Source: an uncultured Nitrospinota bacterium (GTDB lineage Bacteria > Tectomicrobia > Entotheonellia > J063 > CAVPRW01). Taken from it: a DNA stretch of 64,000 nt. The DNA is taken from NCBI GenBank assembly GCA_963707985.1, contig CAVPRW010000045.1, forward strand, positions 64,001-128,000, read 5' to 3'. Positions 1 through 11,251 of this stretch are shown piece after piece. Every line of letters starts with the position of its first letter. The stretch's first letter is position 1. The notes beneath the pieces were generated by a model that ran no database searches, was not told where the DNA came from, and saw nothing but the letters and a program-made list of their open reading frames with translations. Position numbers and translations under genes: made by a program.

Positions 1-534
1 CTCGACCTCATACCCGTGGTGAGCTCCCTGTGGACCGCGGCCAATGCCTTGTGCCCCGAAGGCTCCAGGGGCGGAAAGCCTTGGGTGCAGGCGAAGCTGA
101 CCGCCATGCTGCGCGGCCGAGTGGGTGACGTCATCGGCGGTCTGCGCCCGCTCCTCACGAAGGGAAGGCTGCGGAAGTCGGTACGGGAGACGCTCGCGCA
201 CGTCATCACCTGCTTCCAGAACCACCGGCGCTGGATGCAGTACGACGCATAGCTGGCGATGGGCTTGCCCGTCGGAACCGGCGTCGTGGAGTCGGCGTGC
301 GGTGCCGTCGTGAAGCACCGGATGGAAGGCGAAGGCACGCGGTGGAGCCTGCAAGGGGCCGAGGCCGATGCTGGCGTTGCGCTCGCTCACGAAGAGCCAC
401 GACCATGATCGCCGTGACGACTGGCGGTTCCGTGCCCGCCAGGTGCGCACTCGCCTCTACGCGCGCAAACCGAAATTCTGGCCCACTGCACGATTGAAGC
501 GTGTCGCGTGACTCGACTCAAAACGGTCACACTC
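1..534 (+). mobile_element. ISKra4-like IS, 3' remnant (pseudogene)
   Basis: Encodes [22 protein letters not shown] with an internal TAG; homologous to about 5100-5631; right IR gactcaaaacggtcacactc ends at 534. Confidence 0.85.
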
Positions 535-903
535 ATACCGGATACACTTGCCCAACGGGCCTCGAGCCGCGTCCAGGACCGACTCCCAGAGCTGTTGAGT
601 CAGTTGGTCGAAGTGCTCTCTCCGAGCGGTACCTCTGCAGATAGATTGTTCTTGGTTGCCCAGCCGACAGACGTCACGCTCGCTTATGAGGAGGTCCTCG
701 AGTTTTTGCTCAATCGTCGTACTCCCGAGACTATCGTCGCATTCAACGTCTCACCGGCAGCCCAAGCCCATATCCGTACCCTCCTCGAGAACAAGCGCGA
801 AGCCACGCTGAACGCAGCGGAAACCGCTGAACTCGATTTATACGAGCAACTTAAGCGTCTTATGATGCTGCTGAAAGCAAAGGCCCGTACGCAACTCAAA
901 TAA
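535..903 (+). pseudogene. Small helical protein, putative antitoxin partner of the downstream HNH gene; 5' end replaced by the IS
   Basis: The ORF-track start (508) lies inside the IS IR; the stop TAA abuts the HNH ATG at 904. Confidence 0.55.
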
Positions 904-1349
904 ATGAATGCTCTATCCGTCCCTCCTTCCCTGCGACGATTGGTAACCGAGCGTGCCCAAGGGAAATGCGAGTATCGCCTGATACACCAGGACGTCTCCA
1001 TATATACCCACGAAATTGATCACATCATCGCCCTCAAACACGGTGGCCACACTGAACCAGATAACCTTGCTTGCTCTGGCTTGCCTGCCGTGCAACCGCT
1101 ACAAAGGAGCTCGACCTCACAAGTTTCGATTCGCTCACCAATGTAGTGGTTCTACTATTTAATTCACGCCGCGACACTTGGACCGAACATTTCGTTTTGG
1201 ACGGAGCGCGCATTATTGGTGTCACCCCAACAGGCGGGGCGACTGTCTTGCTGCTCAAGCTTAATGCTTCCATCCGCTTCTTGCATCGTCATGAGGCAAT
1301 TGAAGAATTAGCGTACCCAAGTCTGGACTCACGTTCAATTGTCGGATAA
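904..1349 (+). pseudogene. HNH endonuclease, frameshifted
   Basis: CEY..HEIDHII..KHGG..DNLA, then across frameshifts near 1070-1110 CLPCNRYKG and LFNSRRDTWTEHF. Confidence 0.8.
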
Positions 1350-1449
1350 GGCCGATGTTGGTGAGTGAATGGAGACACACCTCTCCTGTGCCCCGCAGAG
1401 ATTTTTGAGGCGAGCAGGTCATCAGTGTGTTGTCAAAGAACCGTATCTT

Positions 1450-3192
1450 TCAGGCCTGGACCCATGGAGTTTTGCCTAGCGTATACGTGACATCCAGCAC
1501 AAAGTTGAGCGCCCGGCGCAACAGGTGTGCCAACGTGCGGATGGCCCCTGCAAAGCGAAAGGCTTTGAGTCCTCTCATCCGGAGCGGGCGGCCATTGGCG
1601 ATCACTTCCTGGTCGTAGCCGTTGGTCCGTTCACTGGCGGAGCGCGCTCCATAAAGGCCCTGCCACGCTGGGGTACCGCGCTGGATGGGGCCAATGAGGC
1701 GGGGATGGTCTCGGAACGCCATGCGATGGCTATAGCCTAGGACGCCGGAGCCGTGAGGACAGTGCCGTTGCTCCTCGGGCAGGCAGGGCCGGCCACAGAC
1801 GTATTGCCGAGAGTTGGCTTGATAATCATAGCCATTGGAGCGACACAGACGGCCACAGGGAGCATAGGGCGTGCCGTAGGGATCATAACCCCGCTTGACG
1901 AGGGCCTCGGGGGTGAGGTGTTCGTTGCGCGGGTTATAGGCAAAGACCGCGATACCGCCCTGCTCACCAAGCCCTTGGTAGTTGGTGGTGACATCATAGG
2001 CCGCATCCCCCAGCTGCACCTGGCCCGGCAGGACCGGGATGGCGAGGGTGGCGCGATGGGCAAGAAAATGGGTGCCCTCATTTGCGTCGGCTGGGGAGGT
2101 GGAGGTGCCCACGGGCAATTCCAGGCCCAGTACCTGGTTGATATCCGTGCTCTTCTGGTGCAGGTAGCCAAAGACCCGCTCGGTCTTAGATGGCTCCTTG
2201 GTATCCAGGTGATAGCCGACTTTGGCTTCAAGGTCCGATGGGACCTTGGGACACCTCCCGAGCAGCTCACCCTGGGGCCCGCGGCTGAGGTGGCACCCTT
2301 TGAGGTGGAGAGCAGGCACCTCACCTTGGGGGACTGCCAGTAGCGTGGCGACCTGCTGCAGGTCCGCGCGTGGGGGCGGCCTGGCGGGAACGTCTGCAAG
2401 CGCGATCAGGGTGACCTTGGGGACTCGCGGTACGCCCTGCTTGGCGGTGGCCTGGCGCACCTTCGTGACGACGTCGGGGAAGGGACAGGGCAGTTGGAGC
2501 CGCTTGGCCCCGCTGGACAACTGGTGGCGCAGCTCCTGTTGTCCGGCCTCGTCCACGCGGAATGAGCGGCAGCCCTCACCAGCGTATGGACAGCCCTTAT
2601 AGCGCGCATAGGATGGTTCGAGCTGGCCATCAGTGGAGAGCAACGCGCCTGTGATCAGGCCAAAGGTACGGAAGAGCGTCACCACCGCTGCCATGGTCTT
2701 GTCGATCGCCGTGGCGCCAACGCGAGAGCGGAAGTGACAGAGGTCATCCTCGCCGGGGATGGCGTCGTGGAGACCAGCCAGTTCTCGGTAGCGACGGCCC
2801 TTCTCGGCTTGCTGGAGATCGTCACAGAAGCGGGCATAGTCGACGTACTGATCCACTTTGGCGGCCACTTCGAGCACGATGAGACTGGCTGGGTCGTAGC
2901 AGGGGCCGCCTCGGGGACCATAGTGAGGCGCACAGATCGAACGGGTGAAGCTGAAGTCAAGCGTCGCGCCAACGAGCCAACTGAGGCCGCCATCGACATC
3001 GCCTTCGGTCGTCAGCACGATGGGGCGTGGTGTGAACTGATAGTGCGAGAGCCACCGGCTGGGGACCTTGGGAAAAGGCGTGGTAAACGTCTCCAGGTGG
3101 TGCTGATTCAGCGCGTCTGCATGGCTCACAAAGACCTCAAGATCAAAAGGCATAAGCTGATCGTGGGCAAGGGATAAGAGGTGTCGGCTCAT
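1450..3192 (-). CDS. DDE transposase (IS1182/IS4-like), apparently intact; element about 1398-3308
   Basis: Open 580-aa frame; motifs YDPASL, STDGQL, FGY, LGDAAYD, RSASERTNG; RBS GAGGAGG before ATG 3192; weak terminal IRs. Confidence 0.8.
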   Translation of the reverse strand: MSRHLLSLAHDQLMPFDLEVFVSHADALNQHHLETFTTPFPKVPSRWLSHYQFTPRPIVLTTEGDVDGGLSWLVGATLDFSFTRSICAPHYGPRGGPCYDPASLIVLEVAAKVDQYVDYARFCDDLQQAEKGRRYRELAGLHDAIPGEDDLCHFRSRVGATAIDKTMAAVVTLFRTFGLITGALLSTDGQLEPSYARYKGCPYAGEGCRSFRVDEAGQQELRHQLSSGAKRLQLPCPFPDVVTKVRQATAKQGVPRVPKVTLIALADVPARPPPRADLQQVATLLAVPQGEVPALHLKGCHLSRGPQGELLGRCPKVPSDLEAKVGYHLDTKEPSKTERVFGYLHQKSTDINQVLGLELPVGTSTSPADANEGTHFLAHRATLAIPVLPGQVQLGDAAYDVTTNYQGLGEQGGIAVFAYNPRNEHLTPEALVKRGYDPYGTPYAPCGRLCRSNGYDYQANSRQYVCGRPCLPEEQRHCPHGSGVLGYSHRMAFRDHPRLIGPIQRGTPAWQGLYGARSASERTNGYDQEVIANGRPLRMRGLKAFRFAGAIRTLAHLLRRALNFVLDVTYTLGKTPWVQA

Positions 3193-3690
3193 AGCGGTTC
3201 CTCCTCGTGAAGAAGGACAGGTTTCATGGGAACTGCTATGATGCCTCATGTTGGTTGATTTGGCACGTCATCGCTTGGAAAGGCGGACTGCACGGGCCTC
3301 AGAATTCTTCAATTACCTTATCGTCATATGTTAATCGCCCAAGACCGATATCCGTCGTACCCCGGGCCTTTATAACCAAGTATTTCAGTGGCTGCCGCGG
3401 GAAAACTCGAACGACTTGCGCAGCACCTCGTCTGGAAAGCTAGAGTCGACTTCCACAATCCTATCCCCCTCAAGGCAGTCAAGCCTCCCAGTTACGCACC
3501 GATGCTGCGAGTAATCCGAAACCATATGGAAACCACTGCTCCAGGCAAAGGAGGTCTTGCACGAGTCGACGAGCCTCCTCGGTCCCACACTACGACAAGG
3601 GCTTCCGCACCTGTATTATAATGGAGATGCCTCATGACAGCAGGAAGGATAATACGAACAGATGACCACCCATCACGTGCCACTGGCTTA

Positions 3691-4057
3691 TGTTGTGGTT
3701 TAATGAAAACGGACACATTGAGCAGAGTGATAAGATCATGCAAGGAGGTGTCCGATGAAGACAGCGACGAGACAGGTCGACACAGCCGAATTCAAACGGG
3801 AAGCGGTCCGCCTGGTGACCCACCAGGGCGACGGGGTGAGTGAGGCGGCCCACAACCTGGGGATCAATACCCATATGTTGGGCCGCTGGAAACGCCAGGC
3901 TGAGGCGCAAGAGAACGGTGCCCGGGCAGGTAACGGTCGGCTGTCGTGAGAGCACGAGGAGCTGGAGCGGTTGCGGAAAGAGCACAAGCGTCTGCGGATG
4001 GAACGTGACATCTTCAAAAAAACAGTCCGCTTCTTTGCCAGCGAGTCGAACTGAAAT
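3691..4057 (+). mobile_element. IS3-family left end plus orfA remnant
   Basis: TG-starting end; AEFKREAVRLV..LGI..LGRWK..ELERLRKE..LRMERDIFKK with an internal TGA; A7 run at the end of orfA; cut by the ISKra4-like element. Confidence 0.85.
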
Positions 4058-5631
4058 GAGCGTACACGAAATGAGTTCAGAGTCAACGTAGCGCGAGGCA
4101 AGCGTTTCTGGGTGCGAGGGACCCTCCGTCCATGGGAGAACCTTGGGAACATCTGCGCAGAGTTCCTATGGTCTACCAGGCGAGGAGGATCCCCATGGAA
4201 GCCCTCGACGTCGAGATGAGGATCGCAGCAGGCGAGCAGGCGCTCCAGGCGTTGCTCACGTGTGCCAGGGAGCGTGCCGGCACGCTTGAGGCGCACGAAG
4301 CCGAGCAAGGTATCTGCAAGCGGCGGCTGCCCAGTGGGCTGGCGGCGATGCAACGCTCCGTCGCCGAGCGCGGGACCGGCGCTGTGGGACCGGCCGTCAC
4401 GCGGGCCGACGGGGCGATGCGGCCACGGCAGACGCCGCTGCGAGGGCGGGACTCCTGTTCGCTCTTCGGCACGTTCCAGGTGGCCCGCGCCTGCAGATGG
4501 CGCACCCGGGGAGCCCGGGAGCGTCCCGCTGGACGCGCAGGTCAACCTGCCCGAGCGGTGCGACTCGTAGGTCTGGCAGGAGTGGATGACATGGTTCGCG
4601 GTCGAGCACCCGTTCAAGGAGCGTGCGGGATGGTTCGCGCCGCTCTTGGACCTCGAGGTGGCCGAGAGCGTGCTGATGGAGGTGGCGCAGGAGGCGTCGG
4701 AAGACTACGAGGGCTTCTCGGCGCAACGGCCGTGCCCCGGAGGAAGACGTCGGAGCGCTCCTCGTCGTGCGTGTTGACGGCCAGGGGGTCCCCATGCTCA
4801 AGGCCGAGGCGGTCACGCTCAAGGCCACGTGGGGCACCGAGGTAGGAGAAGCGGCAGCAGCAGACGGCAGCAGCAAGGGGGCAAGGAGAAGGTCGTCGCC
4901 ACGGGCGCCGCAGGTCCGCCGGCGCGCCAGCCTGGTGCGGACGAAGCCGGCGGTGATGGAGTGCATCACCGCCGACGCCAAGCACCGGGATCCCCAGCAC
5001 CGCCAGCCCTGGGCGTCCTCCTTGATGGCGCCCTCGGCCTGTGGAACTTGGCGCCCAAGCTGTTCAAGCCGTGGAAGCGTGTGACGTGTGTCCTGGACAT
5101 CCTGCCTGTCGTCGGCTCCCGCTGGAGCGCTGCGAACGCGTTGTTCGGGGAAGGACCCCGGCCGGGCGACCGCTGCTGGGTGCGGGCGAAGTTGACGGCG
5201 ATTCTCCGAGGCAGGGTCGGATAGGTCATCGGCGGCCTGCGACGCCTCCTCACCAAGGAACGGGCCGGATTGCGACAGTCGGTGCGGGAGACGCTCGCGC
5301 ACGTCCGTCGTGTCTCCAGAACCACCGGCGCTGGAGGCACGACGACGTCCCTGGCGGCAGGCTTGCCCGTCGGGACCGGTGTCGTGGAGTCGGCCTGCGG
5401 CTCCGTCGGCAAGCGCCGGATCGAGGGCGAAGGCAAGCGCTGGAGTCTGGTAGGGGCAGGGGCGATTCTGACCTTGCGCTCGCTCACAAAGAGCCACGAT
5501 CATGATCTCCGTGACGACTGGCGGTTCCGTGCCCGCCAGATGCGAGGTCGCCTGTACGGTCACAAACCCCACTATAGGCCCGCGCCTCGATTGAGGCGTG
5601 TCGCGTCACCCAACTCAAAAAGGTCACGCTC
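4058..5631 (+). mobile_element. ISKra4-like IS, full length but degenerate
   Basis: Imperfect IRs GAGCGTacacgaaaTGAGTT / AACTCAaaaaggtcACGCTC; fragmented transposase with DGQGVPM and GTGVVESAC. Confidence 0.85.
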
Positions 5632-6205
5632 ATTCAAGATGGCCTCGAGGAAGCAGGGATATCCCACGACCGTCAGAGAACTGGCCCAGCACTTTGGGGT
5701 CTCCATTCGGACGGCGCAAGCCCACCTCGGAGCCCTTGAGCGTAAGGGTACCCTCAAACGATGTCCCTTCCAGGCACGGGGACTGTACCTGACGGCTCCT
5801 GAAGAATGGTCTGGGGGCGAGTCGTCCGGAACGTCCCCATTGTGGGGCCGGTCGCTGCCGGGACTCCCCTGCTTGCGGTGGAAAATATCGAAGAGGTGAT
5901 CCCGGTGTACACAGAGTGGGCAAAGGGAGAGGAGCTTTTCTTTGTGCGTGTGAAGGGCGAGAGCATGGTGCCAACCCTTTGGGATGGGGATGACCTGCTG
6001 AATACGGCGGCAGGCGGCTGTGGAGAATGACGCCATCGCTGTCGCCTTGATTGAGGGAGAGGTGGTGGTCAAAAGAGTTGTACGGACCGGCCATCATCTC
6101 ACACTGAAACCAGACAATAACGCATTTCCGATACAAACAGTCAATCTGCAGCAGCAGACGGTGCAGATCTTGGGGAAAGCCGTGGCGTGTTACCGGAAGT
6201 TATGA
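5632..6205 (+). pseudogene. lexA: LexA-family repressor, 5'-truncated with two frameshifts
   Basis: GYPTTVRELAQHFG HTH; VPIVGPVAAG cleavage site; VKGESM catalytic Ser; VVVKR catalytic Lys; ILGKAVA C-terminus. Confidence 0.85.
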
Positions 6206-6368
6206 ATGACTCTCTGCGATCCAGCGAGATCTCGAAGATGTCCTCAGGGACGACCTGCCACCTCCGTGCGAGACCCGATTATGCTGGATTGGCACGGCTG
6301 AGGGACATAATTCTGCGGGCGTAACTCGCTAACGAGCATAGGCCCTCTATTTTCACGGTGCTATAGAA

Positions 6369-7839
6369 CAATACCTTCGCCAAAAATGGAGATGAAACAG
6401 GACGGCTGAGCACCGTATGGAGATGAGGCAGGGCGGTTGAGTCACCGTGTAGAATATGGATTCCCCAACCCAACCCTACACCAGGAGCCACCGCCCATGC
6501 CGGATATTATGGTGCTTTGATCGCTTGTTTAAGCCAGTGTCTGGATCGGACCACCATCCGCCAACTGCCGTCGGGTCGCCGAAGCGCTGCTGTCGATGAC
6601 CGGTCGGGTGACGATGCGGGGCATTGCCCGCTGGGCCGACAAAGGGGGCAGTTATCGGACGATTCAACGTTTTTTCACGACCAGCCTGAGCTGGGGCACG
6701 CTGCAATGGGTGCTGATTCGCCACCATCTCTTGCGAGCAGGATGATGTCCTCGTGATGGGTGGCGATGAAGTGGTGGTGCACGAAAGCGGGCCAGCAGAC
6801 ATATGGATTGGATCGGTTTTTTTCTTCCCTCTATGGGAAGATGGTTCCTGGCCTGGGTTTTCTGAGTTTATCCCTGATGAGCGTCAAGCGTCGTACCTCT
6901 TACCCTGTCATCATGGAACAAATGGAGCCAAAGCACACGGGCCAATCCTCCTGAAGCGCCCCAGAAACAAGCCTCGGGAAAACGAGGACGCCCGAAAGGC
7001 GGGAAAAATCGGCATCGACGAGACGTCGTGTTGACCCCTTATGTGCGATTCGTCCAAGAGACCATCAACGGCCTCCTGAAGTTGATCGTCGAGCACGTCA
7101 AGGTGAGGTACTTTGTCTATGATGGGGCATTGTGGCCATCATGACGCACTGCACATGGTCAAACAACTTGGTTTCCATTTGATATCAAAACTGCGCTATG
7201 ATGCTGCGTTGTACTTTCCCCTATCATGGACCATATGCTGGACGTGGGCAGCGTAAAAAGTATGGCACAAAGCTCGATTATCGGCATCTTCCTGACACGG
7301 CTTTAAAAGCATCTTCTGTTGAAGAAGATATCGAGACACAAATCTATCAGATGCACATATGGCATAAAAAATTTGCTGATTTGCTGAATGTCGTGGTGAT
7401 AGTCAAAACCAATATAAAAACGCAAGCCGTGGCGCATGTCGTCTTATGCAGCAGTGACTTGGACCTTCCGTATGATCAATTGATAGACTATGATCGTTTG
7501 CGTTTCCAGCTGGAGTTCAATTTTCGTGATGCCAAACAATATGGGGGCTTGGAAGATTTCATGACGGTGAAGCAAACGCCGGTTTACAACAGTGCGAATC
7601 TTGCCATGGTTATGGTCAATCTCTCCCACGCCGTGATGCGTCCCCTGCAACCGCATTGGCCAGGGTTGAGTGTGAACGATCTGAAGGCCTGGTTCCGGAG
7701 CCGGAAGTATGTGGTAGAAACCTTCCAATGGCTTCCGGAACTGCCGGAGCCTATTTTTATTGAGCAGGCGATTGCACAGGTGGCAGCACTAGGGCGGGTT
7801 AACCAGGTCGTCAACCTCATCTAATTGGCCGAGGTATTG
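6369..7839 (+). mobile_element. IS4/IS701-like IS, copy A (frameshifted)
   Basis: IRs CAATACCTTCGCCAA / TTGGCCGAGGTATTG; RFQLEFNFRDAKQ motif. Confidence 0.85.
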
Positions 7840-8027
7840 AATAAAAGGGAAGAATCTTGTCAGAATTGGCCGCAAACAGGATGACCGTAGGGCGGGAGTA
7901 CCAGCCATCAGTCGCGAAAAGGTGCATAGCGGTAGACACTATGCTGACTATGGCAATTATCACTGTAGTATGGCATCGCCGCATACAAAAACGTCCTTCA
8001 CGAGGATATGGACTGGATTGGTGGTTG

Positions 8028-8225
8028 CTATCGCGTTCGTCGATGGCTTCGACGGCGTCGCTTCCAGGCCCACTTAAAGCCTAATACGATAGCAGTGCAC
8101 ATCCCGGCGACTACCGTTGTCTCACGAGGCGATAGAGGGATATCGGGTGTTACGACATAAAACACTGCCCAAATCACCAGGGTCAACGCAATGGTGATGA
8201 GAATTGTGGCAACCGATGCTCGCAC
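8028..8225 (-). CDS. Small two-TM membrane protein
   Basis: GGAGGAG RBS; two hydrophobic segments; basic tail. Confidence 0.5.
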   Translation of the reverse strand: MRASVATILITIALTLVIWAVFYVVTPDIPLSPRETTVVAGMCTAIVLGFKWAWKRRRRSHRRTR

Positions 8226-8997
8226 ATAAGTCTCCTCCGTTGATTGTTTTTTTTGGTAATCTATCGCTGCTTCGCCGTCTATGGTCGCTTCGGTCTCTCT
8301 GAGCCTATTTCACGGTTTTCCTCCAGCACTCATTCCACGTTTCTACCCCTTGCTTCAGCCGTGTGAGATGTTCCTCGTTCGCCATAGATTACCCTCTCTT
8401 CCCTACTGCAGCTCAAAGAACTCACAGGATTTTCTCTAGCCGTGGATATCGCGGTGAATTTGCCACATTCGGTGGAGTGTAACGTTCGGATGAATGCTGG
8501 CGGTCAGTTGACCGAATTCTCCGAACGTTAGATACCTTCCCATATCTCGAATATCATGGACTGGGACCGTGTGATGTTCTCGTACAGGAGCCGAGATCAC
8601 CATCGGGATAGGTGCCGTGGTCGGAGGCACAGGAGTGCCAGCGGTGACACCCAGAACGGTGGGCTTCTGTCCTGGTGAGACAGGCCATCGGTAGCACCAA
8701 GCGCAGCATCCGTCGATAGCCGAGCGGTTGGTCGCTCATGTCTCAGGACCTCGCGCCATGACGGTGAGCATCAGCCCTCACCGCGTCTCGTCCTCCTCGA
8801 CCACCTCGTAGGCCTCGACCACCATCGTGGCCTCACAGGAGCAAATGCCGGAAAATGTACGGTACCGACGCTGGCTCAAAACTACACTTTTCGGTCAGCG
8901 TCCCATGAGCTGGGAGACTGTCTTCTCACATTCCCCATGCAAAACTGCTGTGACCCCAAAGTGGCCCATGTTCCGGCGAACCGTTGCCGTATCTCCA

Positions 8998-9648
8998 TTA
9001 GAGTTTTGGCACCCGCACCGTACTGCTGACCATAGCGGTGCCGCTGAGCGCATAGATGAGTGTCAACGGGTGGAGCACCCCCCCCATGAACGCATACGCG
9101 CCGAACCAGAGGGTCTCCTCGATGCGGCCCAGTGTCCACGCGATGCCGAGGAGCATGACGATCAACAGGTTGGCGGGGATCGGGATGCCCTCATAGTACG
9201 GCACCTTGCCCGTCGTATCCGCCAGGGTGGCGTGCGTCACGTTATAGCGCGCCAGCCGGCTGATGCCGCACCCCACATAATAGGTCAGGACCACCACGTC
9301 CCAGAACCCCCGGAGCCCTAGACTAAACCCGAGGACGGCCGGTACGACGCCAAAGGAGATGATATCCGCCAGCGAATCCAGGTCGGCCCCGAGGCTCGAG
9401 TGCTGGCTCCAGCGGCGTGCCACATAGCCATCCAGCCCGTCAAAGGCCAAGGCCAGCGGCACGACGAGAAACACCGCCCACAGAAACCCCCGCTGCCCCT
9501 CGGTGAGATAGTACAGGCAAAGGAAGAGGGAGACCATGCCACAGCTGGCATTGCCGAAGGTCAAGAGGTCGGCCCAGACGAATGACCGCAGCATCTGGAA
9601 GTGCGGTCGCCGGGGCTCACCCGTACGGTCAGGCTTCGCCATCTTCAT
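8998..9648 (-). CDS. pssA: CDP-alcohol phosphatidyltransferase (phosphatidylserine synthase type)
   Basis: DLLTFGN; signature DGLDGYVARR..LGADLDSLADIISFGVVPA; RLARYN; RBS AGGAGG. Confidence 0.9.
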   Translation of the reverse strand: MKMAKPDRTGEPRRPHFQMLRSFVWADLLTFGNASCGMVSLFLCLYYLTEGQRGFLWAVFLVVPLALAFDGLDGYVARRWSQHSSLGADLDSLADIISFGVVPAVLGFSLGLRGFWDVVVLTYYVGCGISRLARYNVTHATLADTTGKVPYYEGIPIPANLLIVMLLGIAWTLGRIEETLWFGAYAFMGGVLHPLTLIYALSGTAMVSSTVRVPKL

Positions 9649-9910
9649 CAAGCCCTCCTGTGGGCTACGGCGCCATCGCCCCCGATCACGTGGACGGTGA
9701 GGGCTGGCAGAGCCGCGGCCCCATTGAAGCCCTCTTGGCCCTCCAGGAGCAAGTGGCGGAAAATTTACTGTAAGACCACTTGAGGGAGATGTGCCCTCGT
9801 TAAAACAACGTCTTGGCAGTCTGAGAGTTTGTTGGCAAGAACGCGGTGTAGAAACCGTCGTCATGACGCTTTGGCCTGTGTGGCCAAAAACCCCTGAAAT
9901 TGCGTCATCG

Positions 9911-9923
9911 TAACCAATTGATT
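9911..9923 (-). promoter_or_regulatory. IHF-type binding site
   Basis: AATCAATTGGTTA matches WATCAANNNNTTR exactly, about 30 bp inside IR-R. Confidence 0.5.
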
Positions 9924-10280
9924 TTTCATACTCGTCTGAGCAGTAAGTGCCATGACCAAAAGGTGTAGTTTTGAGCCAGCGTCGTTACCGTACATTTTCC
10001 GGCATTTGCTCCTGTGAGGCCCTGTTGCGCGGCTTGTGCTTGTTGCAGATAGACGAGGGCGGCGTGCAGGCGACTGGGTGGTAGTAATGCTAGCACCGCC
10101 TCATCGTCCCAATTGCTAAACAGCTCGAAGAGCACATCCATCAAGTCAGTATTTGTTGCTTCCATCAGTGAGATAATTTGCTCAATTTGCGCTTGGTTCG
10201 CTGGCCTGGTCCCTTCTGGATTCAAGCTGACTATGTAAGCTTGATTCTGACCCTCAGCGACTTCTGTTCTATGACGTGGC

Positions 10281-10718
10281 TCAGGCCTCCGGCCAGAACT
10301 CCTCATCCAGCACCTGGGCAATCGGCCACGGGCAGACCTCGGGGCAGGTCACCAGCGGCAGGCCGGTGTCGTCGGCCGCATCACGTCTGGCCCGCCGATA
10401 GGCCAGGGGCACCCGCTGCGCAGGATCGTTGTGCCGGCTGTGACGGCCGTCGATCACATCGACGATCGCGTCGCGGGCCTGGCCGATCGTGCGGCGCCAA
10501 CTCGGGGTCCGGTGGGTCGATTGATCGCGCCATGTCAAGCGAGGGGCGAGCAGACGTGGCCACTGGCGGCTCATCGCGCGCGTCTCGTGCATGCCGATGA
10601 TCTCGATCACTTCGACCAGGGGCTCGATGTCGAGGGCGGGCCAATCTTTTGTCTGCAGGGCTTGCGCCTGGGCCTGCGTCCAGGCGTAGAAATCGGTGTC
10701 ATAGGGTGGGGTGGTCAT
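10281..10718 (-). CDS. DUF29-family protein, degenerate
   Basis: YDTDFYAWTQAQAQAL..LDIE..SWRRTI..CPWPIAQVLDEEFWP; several normally conserved residues are substituted. Confidence 0.85.
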   Translation of the reverse strand: MTTPPYDTDFYAWTQAQAQALQTKDWPALDIEPLVEVIEIIGMHETRAMSRQWPRLLAPRLTWRDQSTHRTPSWRRTIGQARDAIVDVIDGRHSRHNDPAQRVPLAYRRARRDAADDTGLPLVTCPEVCPWPIAQVLDEEFWPEA

Positions 10719-10857
10719 CGCGTCTATTCTCCCTGGGGACATCGCCATGCTTCACTCGCCCCAGCGCCTGCATAAGGTCCTCTACGCCGCAGCCTTCGTC
10801 GGTTTCAATCTCCCACAGCGCCGGCGGCTCCTAATGAACGTAGAAGGCGCCAATGGT

Positions 10858-11184
10858 CTAGGACTCCATGCGGGTGGCATCGTCCAACCAGCGGTGCGAC
10901 CAGAAGATGATGGCGGCCGAGCGCGCGTCATAGTGGCCACCCTGCTCCACGTCGTGCTTGCGCACATACCCAAATCCCAAGTACCGCCGGGCCTCCTGCT
11001 GAATAGTGGCCTGCCGCTTTCGGTGTTGCCGCCACCATTCACGCTCCTGACCGGACATCGCTTCTTCCCAGATCGCCTGCTTCATCTCGGGGCGCTTCTG
11101 CTGCAGTTCCCGTCGGCGCCGGTCGCGGCGCTCCACCCGCCACAAGACCTGCCAGACCTGGGCTGTGGCGGCGAGGAATGTCAA
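10858..11184 (-). CDS. Hypothetical protein
   Basis: Co-oriented with neighbours in a tight minus-strand cluster; start uncertain. Confidence 0.35.
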   Translation of the reverse strand: MTFLAATAQVWQVLWRVERRDRRRRELQQKRPEMKQAIWEEAMSGQEREWWRQHRKRQATIQQEARRYLGFGYVRKHDVEQGGHYDARSAAIIFWSHRWLDDATRMES

Positions 11185-11251
11185 CGCGGTTACGGCAGAG
11201 AGTTCAAGAACTCACACATGTCTATGCCGTCAGGTCTCCGGCTGCTCGTGG

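Larger units (their letters stand above)
8829..10021. mobile_element. Non-autonomous cassette bounded by 69-bp IRs, carrying pssA
   Basis: IR-L 8829-8897 and IR-R 9953-10021 match at 66/69 nt; no transposase inside. Confidence 0.75.

Noticed and set aside
3385..3690. Possible TOPRIM-like gene fragment between two ISs
   Set aside because: Too short and frameshifted to assign with confidence.
5270..5899. Transposase-LexA fusion ORF
   Set aside because: The IS right IR ends at 5631 inside this ORF; it is an accidental in-frame junction of two pseudogenes.
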